Shown one piece after another: positions 8,016 through 20,000 of a DNA stretch of 61,197 nucleotides. Below the pieces are notes generated by a model, which was not told where the DNA came from, did no database searches, and saw only the letters and a program-made list of their open reading frames with translations. The stretch's first letter is position 1. The number at the start of each line of letters is the position of its first letter. The position numbers and the translations under genes were made by a program. Source of the DNA: a virus; IMG/VR virus record IMGVR_UViG_3300012344_000003, positions 1 through 61,197 of that record; one strand, written 5' to 3'.

Positions 8016-9157
8016 AGCCAGTCTCCTATAGTAGCAGGGTTGGCATTATTTATACGTCTGAATGCTGACTTATCCTTAGCAATAAAGGCCTCGAAAGCAT
8101 AGTGTGCCTCGACAAGCTCTTTCTGCACTCCCATGACATTCGACTCATTCAGCGCTGAGAACTTGTCAGCGAGCCTTGCTACAAGGTAGCGGTACATCTC
8201 AGGAGCGGGGTAGTCAAGCCTTGTGTCGGGTGTCCAGCCTAGCTTCTTGGCCTTCGGCTTGCTATCGCTGCCAATATCATTATAGTCAAGTACTGTTACA
8301 CCCATGCCTGTCTTATCATTCCACAACTCACTTATATACTCAATATCTGAGTTGCGTCCAGTATAATCAAACGGGTTATACCTCGTGAACTCCCTGTCTG
8401 AGCCAAAGAAGCCAGATATATGCTCTTTTGTTACAGAGTGCTCATAGCTGACAAAGACATACGGAAAGTCACAGGATATATATACAATCTGCCAGTAGCC
8501 GTCATCCTCGTCATCAAGAGGAGCCGCTGTATAGATGTCAGTAACATCCTCACTAACAAGGGTATGCCTGTGCTTCATATAGAGTTTGTCAATGCTCTTA
8601 ATCTCATCACGGGTAGCAGTCTTTATGTCCACAGGCTTCTTGTCCTTAGTCATACCTATAAGTTGGAACAGGCCATAAATGTCCTGCCGCTTTGTCTCTG
8701 GTATACCCTCAAAAACCTCAGGGTCCCTGTTATGATGTGTAAAGAACACCTGTGGGCATGCAGGTACAAAATACATCCATACTTTCTTGCGCTCAGCATC
8801 AGGGCAGTATAAATCAGTACCACTCAGACGGTATACGCCAGAAGCAGTCATATCAGCAGTGCCTGCATCACGGAAAATATACCGGTCATAGCCAACAGGA
8901 GACTGAGCAGCATAAATCTGTAATGTATTCTTGACAAAAGGCGGAAGCTTTGTGAGCTTCTGTGTGAGCTGCACATTCTGGCCATAATAGCCATCATCAA
9001 TGCACGCCATACGGTCATAGATGTCCCGCCATGTATAGTTCAAGAATGCTAAACAATCAGAGAATGTATAGCTGTTAAGCGCCTTTGTCTGAGCAAGCCT
9101 CATTGCATCTTCAAGTGCATCTGAGGCAAAGTTATTAGTATTAATCTGCAGCATCAA
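8012..9157 (-). CDS. Hypothetical virion-module protein
   Basis: 381-aa ORF, translationally coupled on both sides; no motif recognised. Confidence 0.6.
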   Translation of the reverse strand: MMLQINTNNFASDALEDAMRLAQTKALNSYTFSDCLAFLNYTWRDIYDRMACIDDGYYGQNVQLTQKLTKLPPFVKNTLQIYAAQSPVGYDRYIFRDAGTADMTASGVYRLSGTDLYCPDAERKKVWMYFVPACPQVFFTHHNRDPEVFEGIPETKRQDIYGLFQLIGMTKDKKPVDIKTATRDEIKSIDKLYMKHRHTLVSEDVTDIYTAAPLDDEDDGYWQIVYISCDFPYVFVSYEHSVTKEHISGFFGSDREFTRYNPFDYTGRNSDIEYISELWNDKTGMGVTVLDYNDIGSDSKPKAKKLGWTPDTRLDYPAPEMYRYLVARLADKFSALNESNVMGVQKELVEAHYAFEAFIAKDKSAFRRINNANPATIGDWL

Positions 9158-10179
9158 TAACCTCTGCTTCCATTAAGAGCATACTGCCATTGCAATTCAG
9201 CACCTACAGCACCTGCTATGCTTCTAGTAGCAGCCATTATATAAGGGTCCCCGCCACATGCCTGATAAATAAGGTTCTGAAATTCAGTATTAGCAATATC
9301 ACGCTGACCAGGTGTAGCAGTGCCTGTAAAGAATAAAGAGACAAATTTTGACACAGCATCTGGGTTCTTCTGCATATTCTCAGCAACAGCCTGCAGCAGC
9401 CTATTCTTAGTACGTAGGGCAATATCACTGACAATCTCAGATGTAGCAAAGCCAAGCTGTGTAGCACTGAGAGTATTAATATTAAGGCCAACAACACCAT
9501 TCCTGATAGCATTATTAATGTTTACATCACTTGTGCCAAGCAGGTTAGCAATTGTATAAATACTATCGTCTGCCTTACGGCGGAGTTCCTGAGCATAGTC
9601 CTGCACATTTGCCTGTCGGTTAGCATCACGCTGTCGTACATAGGCCTCAACACCCTCATTCTGACGCATCTGGCGCATTTCCTGTGTCTCGATAGGCTCC
9701 CATCTCTCAGAGCTACCTATCTCACCGCGGTCGACACCATACTTCTTAGTAAATAGTCCTGCGCGCCCCGGCTTCCACCAGCGCCTGTTATTGAGGGCAT
9801 CAGCAGCGCGCGAAAGGTTCATTGTGCTTTCATAAGTAAGGCCGTTCAAGTTGCCACGATAATTCCCTCTACCAATATTTTCCTTATAATGTGGGTCCAT
9901 AGCAAGCCTGTTCTTCTCAGAGTTAAGCTCACCAAAAATGCCATTCGCTCTTGATTTAGTATCAAGAAGCGGCTGCTCCCACTGTTCTCTTGAGAGAGCC
10001 TCCTGCTGCCTCTTGTTGGCAAGAGGACCTTTATCTGCTACTATTTTATCTGCCTTAGAGTAGTAAGAGTCTACATCCTCCTTAGCTCCAGACACATTCT
10101 TGAATGTGCCATTATTACCTGTATCTGTTCCAGCACTTGTCAGTGAGAATACAGCTTCTGCGCTAGGCTTTATCTTCAT
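9154..10179 (-). CDS. Hypothetical virion-module protein
   Basis: 341-aa ORF with 4-nt overlaps with both neighbours; no motif recognised. Confidence 0.6.
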   Translation of the reverse strand: MKIKPSAEAVFSLTSAGTDTGNNGTFKNVSGAKEDVDSYYSKADKIVADKGPLANKRQQEALSREQWEQPLLDTKSRANGIFGELNSEKNRLAMDPHYKENIGRGNYRGNLNGLTYESTMNLSRAADALNNRRWWKPGRAGLFTKKYGVDRGEIGSSERWEPIETQEMRQMRQNEGVEAYVRQRDANRQANVQDYAQELRRKADDSIYTIANLLGTSDVNINNAIRNGVVGLNINTLSATQLGFATSEIVSDIALRTKNRLLQAVAENMQKNPDAVSKFVSLFFTGTATPGQRDIANTEFQNLIYQACGGDPYIMAATRSIAGAVGAELQWQYALNGSRGY

Positions 10180-11345
10180 TTAGAGCCTCCTTTTACTTTT
10201 ATATCTTTAAGCGCCTTATTGAAGTTAGTAAAGTCATGGCTTTCCTTGTCCTTGTTGATATAGCCCTTGGCAACAGCACTCATAGCAGAATAGTCAATCT
10301 TTGAGATATAGGCCTGCGCCTGCTGAAGCTGCTCTAGCCATTCTGGGCTCTTCACACCCTTATTTGTGCTCAGGTTGTTAAGCGCATTATAAAATGACAC
10401 TGTGAATACACTATTAAATGCAGGGTCCTTTTTCTTAGCAAACCTGCTTATGTAGTCGTAGCACTTGTCATATAGCAGCTGTGCCTGCTCATTACTATTA
10501 TCCTGGCAGTACATGTAGAGTGCACCTGCTATGTCATTAGCAACAGCCTGTGCAATCCTTGTTGAAGAGCCCTTATTGCTTATGTAGCTGTCATAATTAA
10601 TTAGCTTCCTCTGCATGTCATCATCTGTAACACCGAACAGCTTCTTCTGCTCAAACTCATTATTCTGGCTGTTAATCACAGACTTTGAAATAGCAGATTT
10701 ATTCACTGCTGCTGAGAAAGGATTTGAGCCTCCTTTGAGGATTACCTGCAGTGCTTTATACTCTGGAAGATTCTTTGAGAAGCTACTGACAAACGACAGG
10801 AACTGCGGGTCAATAATATTCTGTTTTTCAATGCTAGTATCAGCAAACGGGTCCCTACCGTCAATAGTAAACTGCACTTTACTGTCTTTTATAAAGAACT
10901 TCACTCGTCCCTTGAATGCAGGTACACTATCCATTTTCTGTAGGAGCATATGCGCCATATCATGGATAGAGTTAAAATCACCTGCATCTGTAAGACTATT
11001 AATCTGCTGCCGGTACTTCTTATAAAGGACGTCACCCTGTGCACCACCAAAAAGAGCATTGAAACTGCTTTTAATCCCGTTATTACCAGTCTTAAACTGA
11101 TAGCTATCAGAACCAGCATCACCAAAATCATAATTGTAAGCATCAGCATAGCCACCTACAGACTGGGACCTGTTCCTATTTAGCTTGTCAGCAAAGCCTG
11201 CGCCAAACTGTACAATGCTCTGCCCAACTGTCTTTTTTGGCTTCTCTTTTTTAGTATTATCTATTATGCTGTCATCAATATCAGCAATACCTGCTTCATC
11301 ATAGACAGGCAGCTGCTTTCCATTCCATGCATATTTCTTATCCAT
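10176..11345 (-). CDS. Hypothetical virion-module protein
   Basis: 389 aa; start moved to ATG 11345 (MDKKYAWNG, GGAGG 6 nt upstream) from ORF-track start 11399. Confidence 0.6.
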   Translation of the reverse strand: MDKKYAWNGKQLPVYDEAGIADIDDSIIDNTKKEKPKKTVGQSIVQFGAGFADKLNRNRSQSVGGYADAYNYDFGDAGSDSYQFKTGNNGIKSSFNALFGGAQGDVLYKKYRQQINSLTDAGDFNSIHDMAHMLLQKMDSVPAFKGRVKFFIKDSKVQFTIDGRDPFADTSIEKQNIIDPQFLSFVSSFSKNLPEYKALQVILKGGSNPFSAAVNKSAISKSVINSQNNEFEQKKLFGVTDDDMQRKLINYDSYISNKGSSTRIAQAVANDIAGALYMYCQDNSNEQAQLLYDKCYDYISRFAKKKDPAFNSVFTVSFYNALNNLSTNKGVKSPEWLEQLQQAQAYISKIDYSAMSAVAKGYINKDKESHDFTNFNKALKDIKVKGGSK

Positions 11346-11346
11346 G

Positions 11347-11871
11347 CTATCCTCCAATCTTGTCAAGGCGCCGTGCAAGGTCAGCGATAGCACCAGCATT
11401 CATAAGTGCAAGCCGTCCTGTGTCAACTGTCTTCACACCATTTGGAAGAGTATTGATACATGCAGGGTTAACCTTCTCAAGGTCCTGTGCCATGATTCCA
11501 ATCTGGTCCTGCTTAGGGTCAATTGAACTGTCAATCTTTGCAGCCTCATCCTTATAATTATATAGGTAGTTATGCAGATATTTTGCATAGCCATCAATAA
11601 CAGACTCATCAGCAGTATCATCTTCATTAAGAGCATAGCCATCAGAATCTGCACCAGCAGCCATAGAGAGCAGTGCCACCTCATCCATGGAGAATGGAGC
11701 TCCCCTGTCCCTGAGTGCCTTGATATCTTTCATGTCTTCATCTGAAATCTTGAACTTCCCGCTCAGTTCAGGCACCTTTTCAAGCGCTTTGCCAGCAGCA
11801 TACATTATTATGCGCCGGCCTGCAGATGTATTGGCAAAGGCCATGATAGCCCTTATAATTGCATAAGGCAT
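11347..11871 (-). CDS. Small protein with a peptidase-S74 / intramolecular-chaperone-like domain
   Basis: 174 aa; ISDEDMKDIK resembles the S74 SDxRxKxNI start, and QIGIMAQDLEKVNPACINT..VDTGRLALMNAGAIADLARRL resembles the S74 C-terminal core. Confidence 0.5.
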   Translation of the reverse strand: MPYAIIRAIMAFANTSAGRRIIMYAAGKALEKVPELSGKFKISDEDMKDIKALRDRGAPFSMDEVALLSMAAGADSDGYALNEDDTADESVIDGYAKYLHNYLYNYKDEAAKIDSSIDPKQDQIGIMAQDLEKVNPACINTLPNGVKTVDTGRLALMNAGAIADLARRLDKIGG

Positions 11872-11880
11872 AAAGTCCTC

Positions 11881-12543
11881 CTATTTTGTAGACTTATTTA
11901 TGTTCTGTGCATTCTTGCGCAGCTGCATAGTATCACGGTAAAAGTCACCGACTGGATGCTCATTCATCATAAGAGCAGCCTCACGTGCCTTGTCATTCCT
12001 TGCCTCAAGCTCAGCACCAATAGAGCGTGCTGTATTTCCTACAAAATCACCAGCAATCTTTCCAACTGCACCTACACCAACCTTGTTAGCTGCTTTAGTA
12101 AGGAATCGCATTCTTGCTGCATCATCATATCCTGTAGTATCATAGTCACTATTTCTCTTAATATTACCAGCCATCGCACCAAGAGCAGTGCCAAGAATAG
12201 AGTTATATGCACCTACAGAATTACCAGTAGCCTCAGCAAAGCCTCCAGCAACAGGTAGCACAATTTTATTAAGAGCAAAGTCCGTAGGTTTAGCATTCTT
12301 GCCATACATTTGCTTAAAGTACCGCTGCCAGCCAGAATAGCCTGACTTACCTTTAGCTGGAGCCTTCTGGCTAGCATATACATTCATTATGTCATCAACA
12401 CCTACTGTCTGTATAATCTGGTCCCAGTCCTTTGCAATCTGGGACTGCGGCTGGTCAGCAGCAAGCCCTGAAATCATGTCAAAGAGCTGCATAGCCTTAT
12501 CTGGGTTCTTTGTAAGCACGTTCTGCAAAGTGCTAAGGTCCAT
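11881..12543 (-). CDS. Hypothetical internal/virion protein with a Gly/Ala-rich hydrophobic core
   Basis: 220 aa; contains VLPVAGGFAEATGNSVGAYNSILGTALGAMAGNI and VGVGAVGKIAGDFVG. Confidence 0.55.
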   Translation of the reverse strand: MDLSTLQNVLTKNPDKAMQLFDMISGLAADQPQSQIAKDWDQIIQTVGVDDIMNVYASQKAPAKGKSGYSGWQRYFKQMYGKNAKPTDFALNKIVLPVAGGFAEATGNSVGAYNSILGTALGAMAGNIKRNSDYDTTGYDDAARMRFLTKAANKVGVGAVGKIAGDFVGNTARSIGAELEARNDKAREAALMMNEHPVGDFYRDTMQLRKNAQNINKSTK

Positions 12544-12555
12544 AATGTCCTCCTG

Positions 12556-14058
12556 TTATCTGCCAAATGCAGCATTACTGCCACTTAGTGCTTTATTAAT
12601 TGTTATCTGGTCTTCATTCATCTTCTCGCCAGTACCCTCAGCATAATACTTGCCATCCTTGCCTTTGACATAGTTCTTAGTAGGATTTCCACCAGAGCGC
12701 ATATTAAGCATTGCCTGCATTGCCTGCCCGTTTATGTCATTCATCTCACTGAACACATCTGCAGACACTTCTGACTGGGGTACCTGTACACCATTATCAA
12801 TAAGATATTTATAATACTGCTGCTGGGCAGTAGTACCTCCACCATTTCTAATATCAGCACCATTCTTATTGTTAAGAACTGCATTGATTACTCCCTGCAC
12901 CTCATTTGCAGGAATCTGGAAACTAAAGTCCTTGGCGCCTGTTGACTCTTCCTCAGCAGTCTGGGTACTTGAAGGGTTCTGAGCTGTCTGCTGTGCTGCT
13001 TCCTGCTGACCATTAGCAGCATTTGAAAGGTCATTGCTCTGGTTGTTATAATCTGCTGCCTGCATAGCATTATAATCAGCAACTGTAGCATCCTGCCTAA
13101 GCACATCTGCTACATTCTGCTCATCATTTGCTTCTTGTTGCCAGTCATATGCCTGCTGTGCTTGTTGTGTCTTAAAGTTTCTGTCAGCATTAATATCACC
13201 CATTACTGTATGGTCTTGCATTATATATGCAGCACCACCATCTGCAGCGGCCTGTTTTGCTTGCTCACCAGCATTTATTTTTGTGAGATGTCGTGTAGTC
13301 TCACCTGTAATTGACCCTAAAGGACGGCTAGCATTCTGTTTTGCCCTGTCAGCAAACACCTGGCTAGTCGCCTGCTGCATATTCAAATGGTTATTTGCTA
13401 TCTGGCGGTTTGCTTCAGAATTGCCTGTAGGGTCTTTCCCTGCCTGCTGCATCTGCCATTTATTACCAATGGCTTTTCCAACAGCTTGTACTGCTGAGCC
13501 TGCAGCTTTGGCAGCTTTCTGGCCGAAGCTTGTGCCCTTCTGCTCAGCTGTCTGCTCCTGCCTACTGCCTGACTGTCCTACTATGTCTTTTGCCTGTGTA
13601 GAAGCAGCATTATCTTGACTCTGAGTGCTACTTGACTGATTGTTCTTATTTCCTGGAAGCTGCTGCTTGACACCTGAGACAAATGACTTTCCTGCTGCCT
13701 TTGCAGCCTGCCCAACACTATATAGGTCTTTTCCTGTATTAGAAAGCCTACTGGTATATTCTGTCTCAGCCTGTTTTTGTGCCTGCTGTGCATTCTGCAG
13801 GTTTACCTGAGCAGCCTGTCTATTTTCAGGAGTAGCCTCCTGGTATGCCTTCTGTGCCTGCATAAGGGCTTTGTTTTTTTCCTGCAAATTCATTTTATGT
13901 TGATTCTTAAGTTCTTTTGCTTTGAGCTTCTCTTCCCTAAGTTTCTTAGGGTCAAGCCTGAAGAGGCTATTCAAACTGCTATGCAAACCACTGTCATACT
14001 GGTTTCTATAATCTTCAACTGTCATAAGAGCAATACTCCATTCTAAAAGATTATACAC
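12556..14058 (-). CDS. Q/A/N-rich low-complexity protein (candidate internal or ejection protein)
   Basis: 500 aa with long Q/A/N/G-rich stretches, downstream of the giant gene. Confidence 0.55.
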   Translation of the reverse strand: MYNLLEWSIALMTVEDYRNQYDSGLHSSLNSLFRLDPKKLREEKLKAKELKNQHKMNLQEKNKALMQAQKAYQEATPENRQAAQVNLQNAQQAQKQAETEYTSRLSNTGKDLYSVGQAAKAAGKSFVSGVKQQLPGNKNNQSSSTQSQDNAASTQAKDIVGQSGSRQEQTAEQKGTSFGQKAAKAAGSAVQAVGKAIGNKWQMQQAGKDPTGNSEANRQIANNHLNMQQATSQVFADRAKQNASRPLGSITGETTRHLTKINAGEQAKQAAADGGAAYIMQDHTVMGDINADRNFKTQQAQQAYDWQQEANDEQNVADVLRQDATVADYNAMQAADYNNQSNDLSNAANGQQEAAQQTAQNPSSTQTAEEESTGAKDFSFQIPANEVQGVINAVLNNKNGADIRNGGGTTAQQQYYKYLIDNGVQVPQSEVSADVFSEMNDINGQAMQAMLNMRSGGNPTKNYVKGKDGKYYAEGTGEKMNEDQITINKALSGSNAAFGR

Positions 14059-14088
14059 TGCCTTTACAGCAGTGTAAATGCCATATTT

Positions 14089-17000
14089 TTATATTTCCTC
14101 CATTCCCTGTACATCAGCCTGTATAGTAAGGATTTCTGTGCGCCGCTCAGTCATAGGCTTATACTCACACTGGAGGCCTGACACACATATATACTGGTCA
14201 GACCAGATATGGAGCCGTTCCCTGTTGCCTGCGCCACACTTTCCCTGGTACCTGAAAGAATAGTAGCCATAGTTCCCGGTCCTTGTGAAAAGGTCCTTCT
14301 TAAGGAAGATATGCACAGGGCGGTCAGCAACAACCTTTCCGCCAGGTGTCATGCACTCTGCCTGCATATTAACCACTGCATAGTTATCAGGGCCATACAG
14401 CTTGTCCATCTCAACTGGCCAGCAGAAAGTAATCTCCCACTCAAAGAAACAGTCAACATTCTCAGAAATGCCAAGTGGAGCCGTCACGAGCAGGAACGGG
14501 TTATGTGTCCAGCCCCTGACATTGCTCTCGACAGAAATGTCAACCTGTGAATACTTGTCCTTATATATACGGAACGGATGGTACTTCTCACGCGGCACAC
14601 GCTTCCACTTACCATAGTTGTCCTTCACCTGCTGCAACATATAATCCTGGAAACAGAACCTGTTTATGATACAACGGTTAGGGCCCTGGTAAGTGATACC
14701 ACAAGGAAGTGATACAGTCCTAAAGCCGCTACGTGTATTGAATATAGTCTCAAGCGGAGGGCTCACCTCACCAGCAAAATCACCTCCCTTCAGGCGTGGC
14801 ACAATAATATTGTCCGTCTCATCATTGTCATCAAGGACATCCTTGTCAAGCCTCAGGAACGTGGCAACACAAGGCATAAGCACCTCCTGGTTGACAAAGT
14901 CATAGCGTCCATGGAGCACATCCCTGAACCTCTCAACCATGTTAACAAGCTGCAGTGAGCTTCCGCCGCTAAAAATGTAGTACTGCTTTGTATTATGTGA
15001 GTATAGGTAAGCCTCATAAGGAGTAGAGCCAATAAAATCAAGGCCGAGACATGGTACAATGACCTGCAAGTCAACTGCACCACTTGTAACAGCTTTCTTA
15101 ACCTCACAGATATACTCCTGAGTATACCTATATACTGTCTTGCCAATTGTAAAGTCAACTGATACTGGCATCTTATAGGCAGACTGCAGGTCCCTTACAT
15201 TTGAAACAAGCCCTGTTATGCCCTGTATTACAGCAAGAGGGACAGAGTCTGTAGTCTTGACAGCAGCTGGCAGAGTATTTACAAACTCAGAGAACACAGG
15301 AATAGCTACACGTACTATACCAAGCACCTCACCAATGATAGCCCTGTCAATTGAATTCCTGCTACTCTCTGTGTCAGTAGTGTCAAAGTTCACATATAGC
15401 GTGTTAGTCATATCACCAGGCATAGCCATTGATGGCTCACTCTGGAAGTTGCCAGTGTAATGTGAAGCAGCAACCATATTACTGCGCTTGAACCTGTCAT
15501 TGACAAAGAAAGAATGGAGCCTTACAAAGAACTCCTTATTAAGCCCAGGAGAACCAAGCCAGTTCACAATGCGCTGGCTATAGCCATCAAAAGCATGATA
15601 GGCCTTCTCCTCAAAGCAGCAGTTTATGCCAGAATTATTAAGGGCGATAGCATTGGAAGTGATTGCCCATGGACGCAGATACTGCTTCTGTATTCCTGTC
15701 TTGACCTCAATAGCAGTATAAGGGCTTGCAACACCACAGAACTGGCTATTAACAACTATATTACTGAAAGCACCATCTATGAGCTTGGTATCTTTACAAC
15801 TTACCCACATCTGATAGCCACCACCAGCTGCAACAGAAAGCTGCCAAGTCTGGTCAAGCATATAGTCATGCAGATTAGGCTTATTGAAAGAAGGCTCAGG
15901 CAGCCCGATATTTTGGTTCTTGAAGTCATTAGCCGGTAATATTGACTCAGCACCAATGACATAGGACATGTTATTAGGCAAAGTAACCTTACTCTGCTTG
16001 CCCTTGACCATGGCAATATGATAAGGCACCTGACCAACAAAATTCTTCTGCAGGCTTGAAGACACAGAGTCTGTGACAAAATCTGGCTGCCCAGAGTCCA
16101 TCTGGTTAACAGGAGAACCTACATCAGTATTAAGAGCCCACGCTTTGTTCTGTGTCACGACCTCAACAGACTCATCTGTGATACTCTGTGCAGAAGATAC
16201 GCCGAAGCAAGGCCAGCGGAAGCACTCACTTTTTGCTCCATACTTGTGTTTGCCTTCAACGTCATAAATATGTTTTGGCAGATGCATTGTGACAGTGGAA
16301 TTGAGCTTACCTCCACTAAGTGCTTCAAGCACTGGAGGAAGCAAGTCAAGAGCAATATCTGTAGCCTGCTTCAATGTGATAGCAGCAAGATATGCTACTT
16401 GTGCAGCCATAGCACCTATTGAAGAAATAGTTCCACCACCACCTGCTGGGCCACCGAATACCCATCCAGCACCACCAAGTGCACTTACAAGAACCTTGGC
16501 AGCCTCTGCTGTAATCTCTGCTGCCTTATTTGTTATCTTAATCTGGTAGAAAGTAAGAGCAGTTATTAGGTACATCATACGCTGCTGTAAGAACTCAGCT
16601 TGCATAGACGTAACTGACTGTGCAATACACATCGCAACAAAGTTATGCTCAGTATAACCAGGGCCTGCATTAATCTCCTGCTTGTCAGAAGTTGAGTAGA
16701 ACATATCAAGTGTCTTCAGTGCAGTAACCTCAGAAGTCTCAGACGGGTTGAGCGCATTAATAAGCATGTCAGAAGCAGCCATACTGTTCACATTCTGAAG
16801 GAACATCTGTGAGTATTTATTGCCAGTATCACTTGTAGCGGACTGGTTCTGATTCTTGTTAACCTGCAGCTTGTCCTGGCCCCAGTCAAGCGCTGACACT
16901 AAAGCAGCAGCAAACAGTGTAAAGACAGTACTATAAGGGCTCTTTGTATTTTGCGTCTGCTTGACAGACTGCCTGTCAAATGAGACCTCATCACTGAGAA

Positions 17001-20000
17001 TTGCTGCCTTCTGCAGTGTCTCTTTTGACTGTTCTAGTGCACTTTCTGCAGAGAAGTTCTTAGCAGTGCTTTCTTCTGCAGGGTCTTCATTCCTACTTAT
17101 AGAAGTAGAATTATAGTGCACATAAGCTGCCTGTCCAAGTGTCTGCTGTAGGTAATTTGCAATAGTAATCTTAGGTTCAAGGAAGTATATCTGCGGGCGG
17201 CCCATGAAAGAAAGAGCAGTGTTCCACACAGAATTTGAATCTGGCAGTATATTCTTCATGTCCTTGACATTGAGCTTGTAGTTTGAGAAGTTAACAGCCT
17301 TATATGAAGATGATGCATACTTCACAGCATAATTGTTGTTGAGCTTTATCTCCCTGGCAGTGAAGATGCCCCTATTATACTCGATATGAGAGACAATGGA
17401 AGGTATGTTCTTGCTGATATACCATTGCTGTGAGTCTGTGCCGACAACCATGTCTGTGAGCTGGTAGAGCTCCTCAAGCCTTGAGATATTATAGCTCCTG
17501 TCAGAGAGCTTGCTCAGTGGCTGTACAACACCACTGAAGCCCGCCTGTACAGAGAAGTACTTGGCAGGTATCTCACCTCCAGTCAATGAGCCATTAAGAC
17601 CAACATAGCCATAGCCCTGCATAACACGGACATAACTGCCTATAATAAGTGCCCACTGGTTAAAGTTATTATCAACGTGCACACCAAGTATAAGATTGCC
17701 ATCAACACATGTCGCACTTATCTGTGCCTTGGAGACAGCACTCTCATAGTCCAGGTCAGAGTAAGTATATATCTTGTCAGAGCTGGTATTAAGTGCAGTA
17801 CCAAGCTCACGCTTAGAGAACTGCACATCATACTCTACCATTGACATGTCCTTGAGCGGGTCATACACTTTTATATTAAGGGTGCTGCCAGATACAGACA
17901 GAGTCACAAACTTCGCACTATCCCCTCTGTATGCACATGTGCCTATATACTTGATGACAGATGACGGGAGGTAATCAAACCTGCGCCACTTCTTGACATC
18001 AACAAAAATGTCCCCGTTCCAGTCATCAATGAGCACACCATCATAGCCGCTTATAGCAGATGCCTTGCAGCGCAGGACAAAATGGCTCTTTGTGAGCACA
18101 AGCACATTATCCTTGTCAATCCACCAAAAGTTCTCAGTCTCATTGGTAGTGTCCCACTGCTGCTTAAGGAACTGGAACTCACTCTCAGACTCCAAGTTGG
18201 CAAATGGAATATCCTCAAGCACAGGGCTGTTGACACGTGTATAGCAGAACTGCACATCTGACTTGATATTCTTATTGAACAGGCCCTTGGATGAGATGTC
18301 AATAGCAATCTCCTCACCATTGACAACAGCCTTTATGACAGAAGGCGTGATACTCACAACCTCCATATTGTCAGGGTCATAAATGCCAAGCAGCACAGCC
18401 TGTATTGTCCTTATATCTGAAGATGACAGTGTGAATGAATAATTGTCCCCAAACACCTCATCGGCATCCTGTGCCGGCCCCCACTTCTCCTCAGTGCTGT
18501 CCCATATATAAAGGCCACATTCTGAAGAGCTATAGTTCACCTCAATTTTATATCTGCCTGGCTGCACAAGCACGGCAATGTTATTCTGGAAAGACTCAAG
18601 CTGCAGATAACTGTCAAGAGACTTGGTGCCCTTGAAATGCAGGTCGTAGTCAGCAGAAGTAGTATACTTAACATGGAAAGCATTCACAGGCAGCATAATA
18701 TCTGGGTCATAGCTGTCTATATACTCAAGCTGCATACCTATACTATAGCCAGACTTAAGATAATTTGTAATGACACCTGTACCATCAGGTATGGAACTTG
18801 CTAAGTCATAGTTATACTTAGCGACCTGCTTATCATCAGCAGTAACAATAATCTCCTGGCCCGTAACCTGAATCTGGTCAATATCCCTGCCTGAATCTGG
18901 GTTCAACACTACCTTGAACTTAGGCAAACCTGAGAAATCCCATAAAATGTCAGACTGCAGCTGGTCAGCATACTCCTCAGTAAACTTGTTACCTGAAAGC
19001 AACTCTCCTGCATAGATATTATCAGCAGTCTGTATATAGTTGAACAGAGTCTCACTACTTGTCTGAGCAGCAGCAGCACTTATATTTATAGTAAGGCCAT
19101 ACTCAATATTAATTACACCTATGTAGCTCTTGGCAATAGACAAGGCGCTTATATTACCTGCCTCATAGTCCGTCACTTTCTTTATGTCATTATATAATAT
19201 ATGCCCAGGGCAGACACTGATACTATTATCTGTTGACCTGTTGTCTGTATAGAACAGATAAGTGCTGTTCTCCTTTGCACACAAGTTTATAGTCAAGCTC
19301 AAGTTGCCCTGTGACATGAAAGCACTATTAATCTTATGCCTAAACAGCTCTGAGTAGTACAAAGTATTGGAGCTTGCTGATGGCTCTATCTCGTTAAGCT
19401 GGAAGACAGTAGCATCTAGTGAAGGTGTGAGCAGGCTCTCAGACTTGATGAACAGTTCAGACAGGACATGTGCCATGCAGCACCTGATAAAGCGTGCGGA
19501 GCCAGTAGAACTTGTCCAGTCTTCTATCTTTATGTTATGATTATTATATGATATATTAGGCCCGAGGCTTGAAAGCTGCCCTTTCAGCACAAGGCTGTCA
19601 TCCCGTATAGAGCAGCCTTTCTGTGAGTTTATCACAATTGTAAGGCCACCGCTCTGCCAGAACTTGCTTCCAGAGATGTCAAGCGTCACACCCTGCCATG
19701 TCATTACAGAACCTACAGGATGGTCATCGTCAACTGACCACACAACCTCATTATCCACTGTGATATAGTAGAGATAAATATCTGTCCTGTCATCATGCTG
19801 GTCGAAGAACATGTCACGTATATTGCCCCAGTCATTATATGAGTATGTGCTGTCAAGTGTGACAGAAATCTCTTTTGTAGTGATATGCTCCCTGTGATGA
19901 TTAGTATGGTCCCCTGTATAAGGGTCTGTAGTAATATAGTCATAGTTCTCATATATGCCGAATACAAACTTGACAGTGAAGCCGTTATTGTGGTAGCTTA

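Noticed and set aside
18178-18187. Extra exact copies of CTCACTCTCA on the plus strand at 18178-18187 and 60144-60153, outside the plus arm
   Set aside because: Both lie antisense within minus-strand genes, where the complement encodes S-E-S-E (AGTGAGAGTGAG). They lack the extended GAGC...TGTAGA context, so I treat them as coding coincidences. An exhaustive scan should confirm this.
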